Positions 29,700 through 40,219 of a stretch of 64,000 nucleotides of DNA are shown piece after piece; within the stretch, counting starts at the first letter, position 1; every line of letters starts with the position of its first letter. Below the pieces are notes generated by a model. It did not search any database and was not told where the DNA came from. It worked only from the letters and a program-made list of their open reading frames with translations. Position numbers and translations under genes: made by a program. Source of the stretch: Escherichia phage DCP2; sequence record OR780565.1; one strand, 5' to 3'.

Positions 29700-29806
29700 T
29701 GAATTTGCTGAGCGGTTGGTTTTATATTCTTATGTTTTACATTGGTGCAAATTTTCCATATTGGATGGGATGGTCAACAACTGCGTTTGGATTTTATACT
29801 CCTTGA
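29696..29806 (+). CDS. small membrane peptide (36 aa)
   Basis: ATGA overlap; aromatic/hydrophobic. Confidence 0.35.
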   Translation: MMNLLSGWFYILMFYIGANFPYWMGWSTTAFGFYTP

Positions 29807-29814
29807 GGTGAATT

Positions 29815-30030
29815 ATGAAAAGTTTTAAAGATGTAAAAGTTGGTGAAATTTTTTGTTTAGATAACGGTGATCAGTTAATTCGTATTTCACCTCTTAAGAG
29901 CACTAGCGAAAAAATGACAGTTAATGCTACTTTAGCAAATAACAGTAATGAACGTTTCTGTATTGAAAATGATACTGAAACTTATACCGTAGAAGAGTTT
30001 TGGGAATTGAGCGTCGACTGCGACGATTAA
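29815..30030 (+). CDS. hypothetical protein (71 aa)
   Basis: GAGGTGAA RBS. Confidence 0.5.
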   Translation: MKSFKDVKVGEIFCLDNGDQLIRISPLKSTSEKMTVNATLANNSNERFCIENDTETYTVEEFWELSVDCDD

Positions 30031-30089
30031 TTTAATGGCCGTGTGTATTCATGCGGCCTTGGAGTAGAAAATAATTAGAGGAAAATAAC

Positions 30090-30548
30090 ATGAAATATAT
30101 GACTGTTACTGATTTGAATAATGCAGGCGCAACTGTTATTGGTACAATCAAGGGTGGTGAATGGGTTTTTGGAACTCCGCATAAAGACATTTTGTCTAAC
30201 CCTGGATTTTACTTTTTAGTAAGTAAATTAGATGGTCGTCCATTTAGTAATCCATGTGTGTCTGCACGATTTTATGTAGGTAATCAGCGTTCTAAGCAAG
30301 GATTCAGTGCAGTTCTAAGTCATATTCGCCAGCGTCGATCTCAGCTTGCGCGTACTATTGCAAATAACAATGTTCCATACACGGTATTTTATCTACCTGC
30401 TTCTAAGATGAAACCTCTGACGACGGGATTTGGAAAAGGTCAGTTAGCTTTAGCGTTTACTCGTAATCATCATTCTGAGTATCAAACGCTTGAAGAAATG
30501 AATCGTATGTTGGCTGATAACTTTAAATTTGTTTTGCAGGCATATTAA
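30090..30548 (+). CDS. ndd: Ndd nucleoid disruption protein
   Basis: 152 aa; matches T4 Ndd ([25 protein letters not shown]). Confidence 0.88.
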
Positions 30549-30628
30549 TGAGTAATTTCCACAACGAACACGTGATGCAGTTCTATCGTAATAATCTTAA
30601 AACTAAAGGCGTCTTCGGACGCCAGTGA
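30548..30628 (+). CDS. stp: Stp peptide (26 aa)
   Basis: [26 protein letters not shown] identical to T4 Stp as remembered; start overlaps ndd stop (TAATG). Confidence 0.8.
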
Positions 30629-30635
30629 GGAAAAT

Positions 30636-30794
30636 ATGAATATCGCAAAATTATTAGGAGTTATTTCATTTATTTGTTGGATAGTAGCATGTGTTTTAAC
30701 TATCTGTATTGATGCCAGCAGTGTGTTTTCGCAAGCTTTAGCTCAGGGTATGTGTGCATATTTAACATTTGTGTTGTTATCTACTAATGATTAA
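30636..30794 (+). CDS. ac: Ac-like small membrane protein (52 aa)
   Basis: 52-codon hydrophobic ORF immediately after stp, as T4 ac. Confidence 0.6.
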   Translation: MNIAKLLGVISFICWIVACVLTICIDASSVFSQALAQGMCAYLTFVLLSTND

Positions 30795-30927
30795 GAAAAT
30801 CTTGGGCTACTCAGTAGCCCTTGCTGCTTTATTGGTAGCACTATATTATGGAGTAATGTTCGGATTAATTCAAGTCGTGCTTTTCATTTCTGATGTTATT
30901 ATGGCACTACATTCACTAGTATGGTAA
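30787..30927 (+). CDS. small membrane peptide (46 aa)
   Basis: Overlaps ac end; two hydrophobic segments. Confidence 0.4.
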   Translation: MIKKILGYSVALAALLVALYYGVMFGLIQVVLFISDVIMALHSLVW

Positions 30928-30931
30928 ATTT

Positions 30932-32260
30932 ATGCAACTGAATAATCGCGATTTAAAAAGTATCATTGATAATGAAGCATTGGCTTATGCTATGTACACG
31001 GTTGAAAATCGTGCTATTCCAAATATGATTGATGGATTTAAGCCAGTTCAACGATTTGTTATTGCTCGAGCTCTTGATTTGGCACGGGGAAATAAAGATA
31101 AGTTTCACAAACTTGCTTCTATTGCAGGTGGTGTAGCAGACCTTGGATATCATCATGGTGAAAACTCTGCACAAGACGCAGGTGCTTTGATGGCTAACAC
31201 ATGGAATAATAACTTTCCTTTGTTAGACGGCCAAGGAAACTTTGGTTCTCGTACTGTTCAAAAGGCAGCGGCAAGTCGTTATATTTTTGCTCGTGTAAGT
31301 AAAAATTTCTATAACGTATATAAAGATACTGAATATGCTCCAGTACATCAAGATAAAGAACACATTCCGCCTGCTTTCTATTTGCCTATTATTCCTACTG
31401 TTCTTCTTAATGGCGTTTCCGGTATTGCAACTGGTTATGCAACTTACATTCTTCCTCATAGTGTTTCTTCTGTCAAGAAAGCTGTACTGCAAGCTCTTCA
31501 AGGAAAGAAAGTAACTAAACCGAAGGTAGAATTCCCAGAATTTCGTGGTGAAGTCGTTGAAATTGATGGGCAATATGAAATTCGTGGAACATATAAGTTT
31601 ACTTCACGAACTCAAATGCATATCACTGAGATTCCATATAAGTATGATCGTGAAACTTATGTGAGTAAAATCTTAGACCCGCTTGAAGATAAAGGCTTCA
31701 TTACATGGGATGATGCTTGCGGTGAGCATGGTTTTGGCTTTAAAGTTAAATTCCGAAAAGAATACTCTTTGAGCGATAATGAAGAAGAACGCCATGCAAA
31801 AATTATGAAAGACTTCGGGTTGATTGAGCGTCGTTCCCAGAATATTACCGTCATTAATGAGAAAGGAAAGCTGCAAGTTTACGATAATGTAGTTGATTTA
31901 ATCAAAGACTTCGTTGAAGTTCGTAAAACTTATGTCCAAAAACGAATTGATAACAAAATCAAAGAAACTGAATCAGCATTTCGTTTAGCTTTTGCCAAGG
32001 CACATTTCATTAAGAAAGTAATTTCAGGTGAAATTGTTGTACAAGGTAAAACTCGCAAAGAACTGACCGAAGAACTTTCTAAAATTGATATGTATTCTTC
32101 TTATGTTGATAAACTAGTTGGAATGAACATTTTTCATATGACTTCCGACGAAGCAAAGAAACTTGCTGAAGAAGCTAAAGCCAAAAAAGAAGAAAACGAA
32201 TATTGGAAAACTACTGATGTAGTTACAGAATACACCAAAGATTTAGAGGAAATCAAATGA
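30932..32260 (+). CDS. 52: DNA topoisomerase II medium subunit gp52
   Basis: 442 aa; GyrA-like N-terminal region with catalytic Tyr; T4 gp52 length. Confidence 0.92.
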   Translation: MQLNNRDLKSIIDNEALAYAMYTVENRAIPNMIDGFKPVQRFVIARALDLARGNKDKFHKLASIAGGVADLGYHHGENSAQDAGALMANTWNNNFPLLDGQGNFGSRTVQKAAASRYIFARVSKNFYNVYKDTEYAPVHQDKEHIPPAFYLPIIPTVLLNGVSGIATGYATYILPHSVSSVKKAVLQALQGKKVTKPKVEFPEFRGEVVEIDGQYEIRGTYKFTSRTQMHITEIPYKYDRETYVSKILDPLEDKGFITWDDACGEHGFGFKVKFRKEYSLSDNEEERHAKIMKDFGLIERRSQNITVINEKGKLQVYDNVVDLIKDFVEVRKTYVQKRIDNKIKETESAFRLAFAKAHFIKKVISGEIVVQGKTRKELTEELSKIDMYSSYVDKLVGMNIFHMTSDEAKKLAEEAKAKKEENEYWKTTDVVTEYTKDLEEIK

Positions 32261-32406
32261 GTCCATTCATTGGTATCACAAGCGCTGCATTAGTATCTGG
32301 TGGCATTTTACTGGCGGGTTTAGGTGTTGTTCCTGCCGTAGCAGGAGGTCTTCTTGCGTTCGGAATTCAACGTGTTATCATGACAGTTATCACAGTCATG
32401 CAGTAA
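32257..32406 (+). CDS. small Gly/Ala-rich membrane peptide (49 aa)
   Basis: ATGA overlap with gp52 stop; followed by terminator. Confidence 0.45.
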   Translation: MSPFIGITSAALVSGGILLAGLGVVPAVAGGLLAFGIQRVIMTVITVMQ

Positions 32407-32411
32407 TTTTA

Positions 32412-32437
32412 GGGAGAGCCTCGGCTCTCCCTTTTTT
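32412..32437 (+). terminator. intrinsic terminator
   Basis: GGGAGAGCC-TCG-GCTCTCCC hairpin followed by T6. Confidence 0.8.
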
Positions 32438-32462
32438 ATTTCAAAAATTTTTTCACAAAACG

Positions 32463-32493
32463 GTTTACAACCAAAGCATACTGTGGTACTATA
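32463..32493 (+). promoter_or_regulatory. T4-type early promoter
   Basis: GTTTAC 32463-32468, TACTAT 32487-32492. Confidence 0.65.
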
Positions 32494-32541
32494 CAACTAT
32501 CAAATAAATGAACTGAAACAAACAACCCGGAGATACAAAAA

Positions 32542-32769
32542 ATGAAATTTAAAATCGAAAACGAAATCGTTAAAGCTAAAAATGCTCTGACTGCTAACAA
32601 ACTGGTTGTAGATGGTATTGAATATGATATCTGTGGAGTTCGTGAAGAAAAACCTGGTGTTCTGACTTTCTTCACAATGATTTTTAAATTTAAAGGTGAC
32701 ACAGAATTCAAACAGTTTGATTTTGCCCATGAAGACGAAATCGAAGTTCGTAATCTGAACATTAAGTAA
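32542..32769 (+). CDS. hypothetical protein (75 aa)
   Basis: GGAGAT RBS. Confidence 0.55.
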   Translation: MKFKIENEIVKAKNALTANKLVVDGIEYDICGVREEKPGVLTFFTMIFKFKGDTEFKQFDFAHEDEIEVRNLNIK

Positions 32770-32807
32770 GTACTTTATTAGAGCTCTTGAAAAAGAGTGC
32801 AAAAAAG

Positions 32808-32839
32808 TGTTTACTTCTGCTTTAAACATGATACTATAG
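32808..32839 (+). promoter_or_regulatory. T4-type early promoter upstream of motA
   Basis: GTTTAC 32808-32813, TACTAT 32833-32838. Confidence 0.65.
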
Positions 32840-32874
32840 ACCTATCAAATAAATGAACTGAAACGGAGATTAAA

Positions 32875-33510
32875 ATGTCTAAAGTAACTTACATCATCAA
32901 AGCTTCTAACGATGTTCTGAATGAAAAAACTGCTGCGATTTTAATTACCATTGCTAAGAAAGATTTCATTACAGCCGCAGAAGTTCGTGAGGTGCATCCA
33001 GATTTAGGTAACGCAGTAGTTAATAGTAATATTGGGGTATTGATTAAAAAAGGCCTGGTGGAGAAATCTGGTGATGGATTAATCATTACTGGTGAAGCTC
33101 AGGATATTATTTCAAATGCAGCAACTTTATACGCACAGGAAAACGCTCCGGAACTGCTGAAAAAACGAGCAACTCGTAAAGCTCGCGAAATTACTTCTGA
33201 TATGGAAGAAGATAAAGACCTTATGCTAAAACTTTTAGATGAAAATGGATTTGTTCTTAAAAAGGTTGAAACTTACCGCAGTAACTATCTTGCTATTTTA
33301 GAAAAACGCACTCACGGAATTCGTAATTTTGAAATTAATAACAATGGAAATATGCGAATTTTTGGATACAAAATGATGGAACATCATATTCAGAAATTTA
33401 CTGATATCGGAATGTCATGTAAAATCGCTAAAAACGGTAATGTGTATCTTGACATTAAACGCTCGGCAGAAAACATTGAAGCTGTAATCACTGTAGCATC
33501 TGAACTGTGA
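32875..33510 (+). CDS. motA: MotA middle-transcription activator
   Basis: 211 aa; matches T4 MotA (MSKVTYIIKASNDVLNEKTA). Confidence 0.9.
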   Translation: MSKVTYIIKASNDVLNEKTAAILITIAKKDFITAAEVREVHPDLGNAVVNSNIGVLIKKGLVEKSGDGLIITGEAQDIISNAATLYAQENAPELLKKRATRKAREITSDMEEDKDLMLKLLDENGFVLKKVETYRSNYLAILEKRTHGIRNFEINNNGNMRIFGYKMMEHHIQKFTDIGMSCKIAKNGNVYLDIKRSAENIEAVITVASEL

Positions 33511-33520
33511 GGAATAAATA

Positions 33521-33850
33521 ATGAACAAGTTAGAAATTGTCAATGAACTTCGTCGTTGTGTAGAACCTACTCAAGAGGGTTGGGACATCTGGTACCATGG
33601 AGCTTATCTTGGAACTATCGTAAAGATTAAGACTGGTAAATACATGATTATTCGTGAAAGTAAAGATGCTCCAGTAGGTATTCGCAATAATTTTATGGCA
33701 GCGATAAGTTCATTTACGGATGCAGCTTACGAAATTTACCTTGCTGATTATAAAGAATTTCAGGAATCTCAACCAGTTATTCGTTCAATTGGTGTTAACA
33801 AAGCTCAACAGAAAACTTTATGGCAACGTATTAAAGGATGGTTTAAATGA
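33521..33850 (+). CDS. hypothetical protein (109 aa)
   Basis: GAGGAATAAATA RBS. Confidence 0.5.
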   Translation: MNKLEIVNELRRCVEPTQEGWDIWYHGAYLGTIVKIKTGKYMIIRESKDAPVGIRNNFMAAISSFTDAAYEIYLADYKEFQESQPVIRSIGVNKAQQKTLWQRIKGWFK

Positions 33851-34002
33851 AAACATTTAAAATTGTCGTAGAATTTTATAACGGCGAAGGTGTAGTCCAT
33901 CTTAAAGCGGCCAACCAGTTTGATGCGGTAAGAGTATATTGTCAATGCTTTGAAAGTTCTAAACAAGCTATAAAAATTAAAAGTGTTGAGGAAACCAAAT
34001 GA
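33847..34002 (+). CDS. hypothetical protein (51 aa)
   Basis: ATGA overlaps on both sides; below track cut-off. Confidence 0.4.
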   Translation: MKTFKIVVEFYNGEGVVHLKAANQFDAVRVYCQCFESSKQAIKIKSVEETK

Positions 34003-34466
34003 AAACCTTCAAAGAGCGTCTTGAATTATTAGACCTGGCTTTATTACGTGAAACTCCAGAAAGTCTAGCAGCTAAATTACAGGCCTATGGCGACTACACC
34101 GAATATACGGAAGAGGATGTTTTAGAAGAGGTTCCTGAAATCTGTTGGCAAGTAGCTCATTGGAACAATAATGAAAAATATCAACGTCGAATTGTGTGTG
34201 CAGCCAACCGCTTTAAGTTAAAAGATGGTGGGACTCTGGTTATTCCTGGTGCTCGTCATTATTCTAAAGATATGGCTGAAGTTCTTGACCAGGTAAGTGA
34301 TAAACTTGTATCAGACCATGTTTGTGGTGAAGACCAAGGATTTATTGACCAGTATAGCAATTACTGGACACGTGAAGAAGCAATGATTATTGCAACTTAC
34401 GCTGGACAAGTGCGTATTGAACGTGGTGGTAGTGAAAAAGAACTTTACTCTGAGGACCTTTACTAA
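33999..34466 (+). CDS. hypothetical protein (155 aa)
   Basis: ORF in arn-region cluster. Confidence 0.5.
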   Translation: MKTFKERLELLDLALLRETPESLAAKLQAYGDYTEYTEEDVLEEVPEICWQVAHWNNNEKYQRRIVCAANRFKLKDGGTLVIPGARHYSKDMAEVLDQVSDKLVSDHVCGEDQGFIDQYSNYWTREEAMIIATYAGQVRIERGGSEKELYSEDLY

Positions 34467-34762
34467 TGAATATTAAAAAGTTTCAAATTGATGGAATTAC
34501 TAATCAAATCCAGGCGTTGGAATATGCCAATAAAATGATGTCAACCAATTGGGGAATTTATGCTAATGAACCTGCATTTCAGTTTTGTGATATGGAATTC
34601 ACTAAAAAGCTCGTAGGAAAAGATTATGTATGCCCATTTAGTTATCCAGTAAATGGAATGCTAAAACTTGCTTTACGCGATCTTTATATTGCGATGAACG
34701 AAGAGATGATAAAAGAGCTAAAACGCCAACTGAAGGTGATTCAATTTGGCCAGGGAAATTAA
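34466..34762 (+). CDS. hypothetical protein (98 aa)
   Basis: ATG overlaps upstream stop. Confidence 0.5.
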   Translation: MNIKKFQIDGITNQIQALEYANKMMSTNWGIYANEPAFQFCDMEFTKKLVGKDYVCPFSYPVNGMLKLALRDLYIAMNEEMIKELKRQLKVIQFGQGN

Positions 34763-34964
34763 TTCAAAATCCGATTATTTTAATTCTCTCAACGATAAAG
34801 ATAAAAATCTAATACGGCATTTTATTGTTGAGATGGGATATACCGATACACGCGATTTAAGAGAACATATATTTGAATGTGGTGTAGCTAAAAAGTTTTC
34901 ATTCACATGCAAATGTTTAAGAGAGGTAATTCAGCACTATGAACAATTTAGTCGCAAAGCATAA
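34746..34964 (+). CDS. hypothetical protein (72 aa)
   Basis: Overlapping ORF. Confidence 0.45.
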   Translation: MAREINSKSDYFNSLNDKDKNLIRHFIVEMGYTDTRDLREHIFECGVAKKFSFTCKCLREVIQHYEQFSRKA

Positions 34965-35047
34965 TTTTAATAAAGCTTCTGTTCATAAGGATAAGAAGAA
35001 AGCGTTTAAAGAATCTAATCGCAAACAGAAACATAAGGGGAAGGTCT

Positions 35048-35326
35048 ATGATTATTGATTCTCAGTCCGTGGTTCAATACACAATCAAAATTGATATTCT
35101 AGAAAAGCTATATAAGTTTCTACCAAACCTATACCATTCAATTGTCAATGAATTAGTTGAAGAGTTACATCTTGAGAATAATGATTTCTTGATTGGAACT
35201 TATAAAGACCTCTCAAAAGCAGGATATTTTTACGTAATTCCAGCTCCAGGAAAAAGTATTGATGATGTATTAGAAACTATAATGATTTATGTCCATGATT
35301 ACGAAATTGAAGATTATTTCGAATGA
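35048..35326 (+). CDS. arn: Arn anti-restriction (McrBC inhibitor) protein
   Basis: 92 aa acidic protein; matches T4 Arn as remembered. Confidence 0.7.
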   Translation: MIIDSQSVVQYTIKIDILEKLYKFLPNLYHSIVNELVEELHLENNDFLIGTYKDLSKAGYFYVIPAPGKSIDDVLETIMIYVHDYEIEDYFE

Positions 35327-35475
35327 GTCATAATCTTGAAAAGGTAATCGAGCATAATGTAGCTCAGGAACGTGAGTCGTTCAAGGAATTCGTAGAAAAA
35401 ATTTTTGAAGAAAATAACACAGACCGATTTACAAATCAAGTGTCTGATGATATTATAATAAAGTCAACTAATTGA
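35323..35475 (+). CDS. hypothetical protein (50 aa)
   Basis: ATGA overlap with arn stop. Confidence 0.4.
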   Translation: MSHNLEKVIEHNVAQERESFKEFVEKIFEENNTDRFTNQVSDDIIIKSTN

Positions 35476-35487
35476 GTGGTATAGTTA

Positions 35488-35760
35488 ATGAATAAAAACA
35501 TTGATACAGTTCGTGAAATTATTACTGTTGCGTCTATTTTGATTAAATTTTCCAGAGAAGATATTGTTGAGAATCGTGCTAATTTTATTGCATTTCTGAA
35601 TGAGATTGGAGTAACGCATGAAGGTAGAAAGTTAAATCAGAATTCATTCCGTAAAATTGTTTCTGAATTAACTCAAGAAGATAAGAAAACCCTCATCGAC
35701 GAATTCAACGAGGGTTTTGAGGGTGTATATCGATATCTAGAGATGTATACAAACAAATAA
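35488..35760 (+). CDS. asiA: AsiA anti-sigma-70 factor
   Basis: 90 aa; MNKNIDTVREIITVASILIKFSREDIVENRANFIAF matches T4 AsiA. Confidence 0.9.
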   Translation: MNKNIDTVREIITVASILIKFSREDIVENRANFIAFLNEIGVTHEGRKLNQNSFRKIVSELTQEDKKTLIDEFNEGFEGVYRYLEMYTNK

Positions 35761-36417
35761 TTATTTAGCCCTTCCTAATATTCTGGCCGCCTGAGAACAT
35801 ATTGATTCAAGGCGGTCATTACTTATATGATCATTTCTATACCAGTACATGGTTATTGTTCCAGCATAGATATTATCCAAATTGAAATATGGACAACTGT
35901 ACATGTAATTTATTTCGGGAGTAGGCTTTTTAGTTGGTAAAAAAGCAAATTTTGAGTCGGAATAATAATGACGTCCATTTAAATGAACTGCATATTCATC
36001 CATAGTTTTATCAACAGGATATCCTCCAAGTGATTTTTCACTTATTGTTGAAGGTAATTTTCCTTCATATGCTATAATATCAACAAAATAGTTTAAGTTT
36101 TTAGGGCGGAAAGAATACACCGCACTAAAGTCTGCCTCAGATGATATATGAACTATCTGGAGTTGTTCCAGGGCGACAGATTCAAAGCGTGCATTTCTTT
36201 CCTTTTCAATAATTTCACTGTATGTTTCATACTTTGATTGCTTATAGTACTCAAAGAAACTATCTCCCCTATACCAAACAATCGCCATTATAAACAAAAG
36301 AATTACGACAGCTACCCGGGAAGCAAGAACTTTCCCGGTAGCATTATCTTTGAACAAGCGATCTAGAACACCAAACAGAATATCAGAGGGCGAAAATGAT
36401 ATTCTAGGTGCTGCCAT
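35761..36417 (-). CDS. t: holin T
   Basis: 218 aa; N-terminal TM helix then large periplasmic domain; matches T4 holin. Confidence 0.9.
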   Translation of the reverse strand: MAAPRISFSPSDILFGVLDRLFKDNATGKVLASRVAVVILLFIMAIVWYRGDSFFEYYKQSKYETYSEIIEKERNARFESVALEQLQIVHISSEADFSAVYSFRPKNLNYFVDIIAYEGKLPSTISEKSLGGYPVDKTMDEYAVHLNGRHYYSDSKFAFLPTKKPTPEINYMYSCPYFNLDNIYAGTITMYWYRNDHISNDRLESICSQAARILGRAK

Positions 36418-36447
36418 AGACCCTCCTTTTAAGGGTATTTATTCACA

Positions 36448-37242
36448 TTATACTCTTGGACCATATATTGCTCCAACATTTTGCCATGTCGGTGTAGACC
36501 CTATGACGGCATAACCAGCAGCTCCGCCATCGTATTCATATCCTTGACCACGAATATTACATCTACCTCCTGCGGAGCCAACTTCACCACCAGACCCGCC
36601 GTTGTAGATACCGTTCACAGACCCTGCGCCTGGCGAAGAAATAGTACCAGCAGTTGCTCCTGATTGCATATCAATAGATCCGCCCGGTGCGCCAAACGGA
36701 CGACCGCCGCCACCGCCAAAGGTCAATCTCATTCGTGAAAAAGGAGAATAATACCCGCCGCCGCCACCGCCGCCGCCGCCAGCAATAGCTCCGCCATTAT
36801 TAATTCTTAGTCTCCCACCAATATCATTTTGAATACAATGACCCCCAGCTGAGCCAGGACTATTGCTACCGCCATTCCCGCCACGGCCATACATCGTTAC
36901 ACCATGTATGTTCAACTGAACATATTCATTCGGTGTATCTCCGTACATGAAGAATAAAGGAACATCTTTAGAATATGATACTAAATCTCCAGTGATATTA
37001 AACACTATAGGTGCACTACCTGCCTCAAAACATCTATCTCGGAACCATTGACCATTGAAGTTATGGTCTGCTCCAAGCGTGTGAATAATTTCTCTTGAGC
37101 GACCTGCAAATTGACTCATCCAGCAAGGAACACCCAATCTTAATTGACCAGCCGCTTGACTCATCCATCGTTGTCCTGTTTCATTTACAGATGAACTTCC
37201 AATCCAACCGGGAACACCAACTACTGCCATAATTTTCTCCAA
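36448..37242 (-). CDS. 38: gp38 tail-fibre adhesin, T2-type with glycine-rich motifs
   Basis: 264 aa; conserved N-terminal part then poly-Gly runs ([23 protein letters not shown]) separating variable segments. Confidence 0.85.
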   Translation of the reverse strand: MEKIMAVVGVPGWIGSSSVNETGQRWMSQAAGQLRLGVPCWMSQFAGRSREIIHTLGADHNFNGQWFRDRCFEAGSAPIVFNITGDLVSYSKDVPLFFMYGDTPNEYVQLNIHGVTMYGRGGNGGSNSPGSAGGHCIQNDIGGRLRINNGGAIAGGGGGGGGGYYSPFSRMRLTFGGGGGRPFGAPGGSIDMQSGATAGTISSPGAGSVNGIYNGGSGGEVGSAGGRCNIRGQGYEYDGGAAGYAVIGSTPTWQNVGAIYGPRV

Positions 37243-37262
37243 AGGGGCAAAGCCCCTTGTTG

Positions 37263-40211
37263 TTAGAATTTAAAATAATTACTAATTTTGCGAGCAATTT
37301 TAGTGAAGAAAGGCGTTTTCAATTCTTTAATTTCTTCACTCATTTCCTGAATAGCCTTAATTAAAAGAGCATTCACAGCAGAGTTAGAAATTGTCAGAAC
37401 ATCAGATCCATCAACTTCAACTTTAGATACAGCTTCCGGTAATTCCTTTTCAAGGTCCTGAGCAATAATACCAACTTCACGTTTAATAACACTACGGTCT
37501 TTAATAGACTTAACTTTATCGTAAATATAAACTTTCAGTCGGCAAACTTTTTCGACCGCTCCATATTCTAATTCTTCTTTATTAATCTTGAGACGGGAGT
37601 CAGAACGAATATACACATCGCTAAAGCTACCATTTCCTGGTGTATAAAAGAATCCATCATGATGGAATTCAAACACAGCTTGTGGGTGTCCAGCATCAGG
37701 AGAAGCCTCCGTGGATCCGACACGAATGATTGCTTGCCCCCACTGTGATGGAATACGACGCATACCAAAGTCAACAGCGGTGCTATATCCTTGATTGGTT
37801 ATAACGCTTCTTGCTTTAAGAATAGGATAATAACAATCCTGTGAAACATAACCATGATCAACGAATAATGGAGCTTCTACTCGCCATTGGTTGCCCCAAT
37901 CACCCGGTTGTCTAGCAATCCATCCAGAACCGTTAATGTGTACACGATCGCGGTTAACGTTAACCATTGCGATATTTTGTGGATTTAGCGAAATCTCACC
38001 ATTGTTTGTGATATGTACTGCCGCCTGAGTAGCATAGCTATAAAATGCTAGCGAATTATCAGCACCACCCTTACCAATATACCAGTTACCAGTCCCGTCT
38101 ATATCACCGCGAATATGCAAAGAATTACTAGCAGTTGTTGATAATACAATAGCATCATTAGGTGTATTGATTGTTAACCGACCTGTCATCGTATCACCGC
38201 TTTTACCTACGCGAGTATTCAAAGCAGCGTCTAAGTTGGTTGCATTGTTGTATTTCTTCCAGATTGAACCAGCAATGTTACCATCAGTGTTCAAGAATGC
38301 TGCGCCAGCATAAACTCGGCTTTGTGACATGAATCGGCCAGACGGCAAGAAACGCCATGTAGCTAATTCATTAGCTGTAGTTCCAGTAGCGGATAAATCA
38401 CCTTGAGCAATGATACGATATTCTGAACTAGCAATATCCATACCAGAAGCCATAGTAATATTTGTTACAGTGTTTTTCTGTTTTACAATAGGAGCAAACT
38501 GGTTTTTATTTGAATCGTCAATGGCCTGATATAATGGCGCAATAGTAGTATTCTGATTTGCGTAAGTATTTGAACCAGAACCGCTAGCAGGGCCTTGAAT
38601 ATATGCTCCAGGAGCAATTGAAATTTTCTTATTAGCACCAAGATTAATATCAGCGGTGATATTTAGCAATCCCCTAAAGTTTTGTTGAGCAGTCCAAGTA
38701 TGTGATCCGTCTTCAAGAACAACACGGCGACAAGTGTTAGTCCTGTTTCCTGGATTTCCAGCTATACGCACAACAAAATAACGGTAGTTTGTCTGGGATA
38801 CAGTACCACGCCAAACCTGAACAGTACGTCCTGTGCCAGTATGTTCGCTAGGACCAACAGAAAACATAATTAAGTTTCCGTCAATCGTACCCCAATTCAT
38901 ATTTGCTGGCATGTTCTTTATTTTGTTCAAAGGAACGCTAAACATACTACCAGGGACAAAATCAAAGGTTTGCCAATCTAACTCCGCTAATTGAGCTTTA
39001 ATACCACCCATACCCAAAGTAATTGGCAGAGAATAAGATGTATATACTTCGTTCCATGCACCCCACGCACCACCAGTATATGCACGCTCAAAAATACGAT
39101 CGCGAGTAGTTGCACCCGTTCCTGCGGTAGTGAAACGTTGGAAAATAGCACCGCCAGAAGCACGCTGTTTAACTTCCAGCAAACCAACAATAACAGTCGG
39201 CAAACCTTCACCTGTAGGACAGTTAATAACGGCATCAGTGCCTAAAATATTATATAACCCGGGAGTTTTAAAATCATTCAGATCTCCATCATAGAAAGTC
39301 GCTGGTGTGCCATGACCAACCTGCTTCCATTCCTCCCACTTAGGTGCACTAGCATCCCATGCAGCAGCGAGACAACGAGTATAAACCATACCCATGCGGG
39401 TAGTATAACGCTGAGTTCTCGCGTATAAACCACCTTCAAATATTTCTAAAAATCCTTGTGCGGCTGATCCTTCTTCTGGATAATGGCGATCAAATGATGC
39501 GATTGCGCTTGAACTGTTTCGCCATAAGCCACAATGTTCTAACTCTCCCAAGCTATCAAGGTCAATCGTTTGTGAAAGTGGACGAGTTGACGCTTGAACA
39601 TTACGCCACACACCCCATGGACCATCGACGCCATTCCATTTAGCAGATAAGGAACGAATATAGACGTTACCAGATCTTACAGTATAACGCTGAGTGCCAG
39701 CAAATTGGCCGGCCACAAACACTTCTAGTACACCTACGGCATTTTCTTCTGGGAATTTATTTGCTGGTTGCGCATTTGTTGAAGTAGATTTCGACCAAAC
39801 ACCAAGATATTCTTCAATGGGCCCATACGTATCTAAATTAGCATCAGTAGGTAATTCGCCATTATTTTTTATAAATGTTGTGCTATTGACATTTATGTCA
39901 GATGGAGTTAAGGTAATGTCCTTTGACCCATCAAAAGATATACCATTAATTTTCCTAGGTGTTTGCAATTTAGTAGCTGTGCTAGAATTTCCAATTAAAG
40001 TTCCAGTTATATTTTCTGTAACCTCTAAAGACCCATTTATAGTTCCTCCATATTTTAAACCTAATTCTATAACACTACCTGAGTCATCTTTTGTGAAAAT
40101 TGTTTTATCTTTTAAGTTTATAGCCAATTCACCTTCGGCTAATACTGAAGCAGCAGGACGTTGACCTGCAGTTTTGCTTCTTTTAAATTGTATTTGTTTT
40201 AAAGTAGCCAT
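37263..40211 (-). CDS. 37: gp37 long tail fibre distal subunit
   Basis: 982 aa; C-terminal region with SDSRLK and [15 protein letters not shown], resembling the intramolecular-chaperone domain of T2-type gp37. Confidence 0.85.
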   Translation of the reverse strand: MATLKQIQFKRSKTAGQRPAASVLAEGELAINLKDKTIFTKDDSGSVIELGLKYGGTINGSLEVTENITGTLIGNSSTATKLQTPRKINGISFDGSKDITLTPSDINVNSTTFIKNNGELPTDANLDTYGPIEEYLGVWSKSTSTNAQPANKFPEENAVGVLEVFVAGQFAGTQRYTVRSGNVYIRSLSAKWNGVDGPWGVWRNVQASTRPLSQTIDLDSLGELEHCGLWRNSSSAIASFDRHYPEEGSAAQGFLEIFEGGLYARTQRYTTRMGMVYTRCLAAAWDASAPKWEEWKQVGHGTPATFYDGDLNDFKTPGLYNILGTDAVINCPTGEGLPTVIVGLLEVKQRASGGAIFQRFTTAGTGATTRDRIFERAYTGGAWGAWNEVYTSYSLPITLGMGGIKAQLAELDWQTFDFVPGSMFSVPLNKIKNMPANMNWGTIDGNLIMFSVGPSEHTGTGRTVQVWRGTVSQTNYRYFVVRIAGNPGNRTNTCRRVVLEDGSHTWTAQQNFRGLLNITADINLGANKKISIAPGAYIQGPASGSGSNTYANQNTTIAPLYQAIDDSNKNQFAPIVKQKNTVTNITMASGMDIASSEYRIIAQGDLSATGTTANELATWRFLPSGRFMSQSRVYAGAAFLNTDGNIAGSIWKKYNNATNLDAALNTRVGKSGDTMTGRLTINTPNDAIVLSTTASNSLHIRGDIDGTGNWYIGKGGADNSLAFYSYATQAAVHITNNGEISLNPQNIAMVNVNRDRVHINGSGWIARQPGDWGNQWRVEAPLFVDHGYVSQDCYYPILKARSVITNQGYSTAVDFGMRRIPSQWGQAIIRVGSTEASPDAGHPQAVFEFHHDGFFYTPGNGSFSDVYIRSDSRLKINKEELEYGAVEKVCRLKVYIYDKVKSIKDRSVIKREVGIIAQDLEKELPEAVSKVEVDGSDVLTISNSAVNALLIKAIQEMSEEIKELKTPFFTKIARKISNYFKF

Positions 40212-40219
40212 AAGTCCTC

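Larger units (their letters stand above)
32497..32864 (+). repeat. 23-bp direct repeat in two promoter leaders
   Basis: CTATCAAATAAATGAACTGAAAC at 32497-32519 and 32842-32864, each downstream of an early promoter -10. Confidence 0.8.

Noticed and set aside
36690-36800. CCGCCGCCACCGCC repeats that look like a simple-sequence or CRISPR-like array
   Set aside because: They are the coding sequence of the glycine runs of gp38 on the minus strand; no spacer/repeat organisation.
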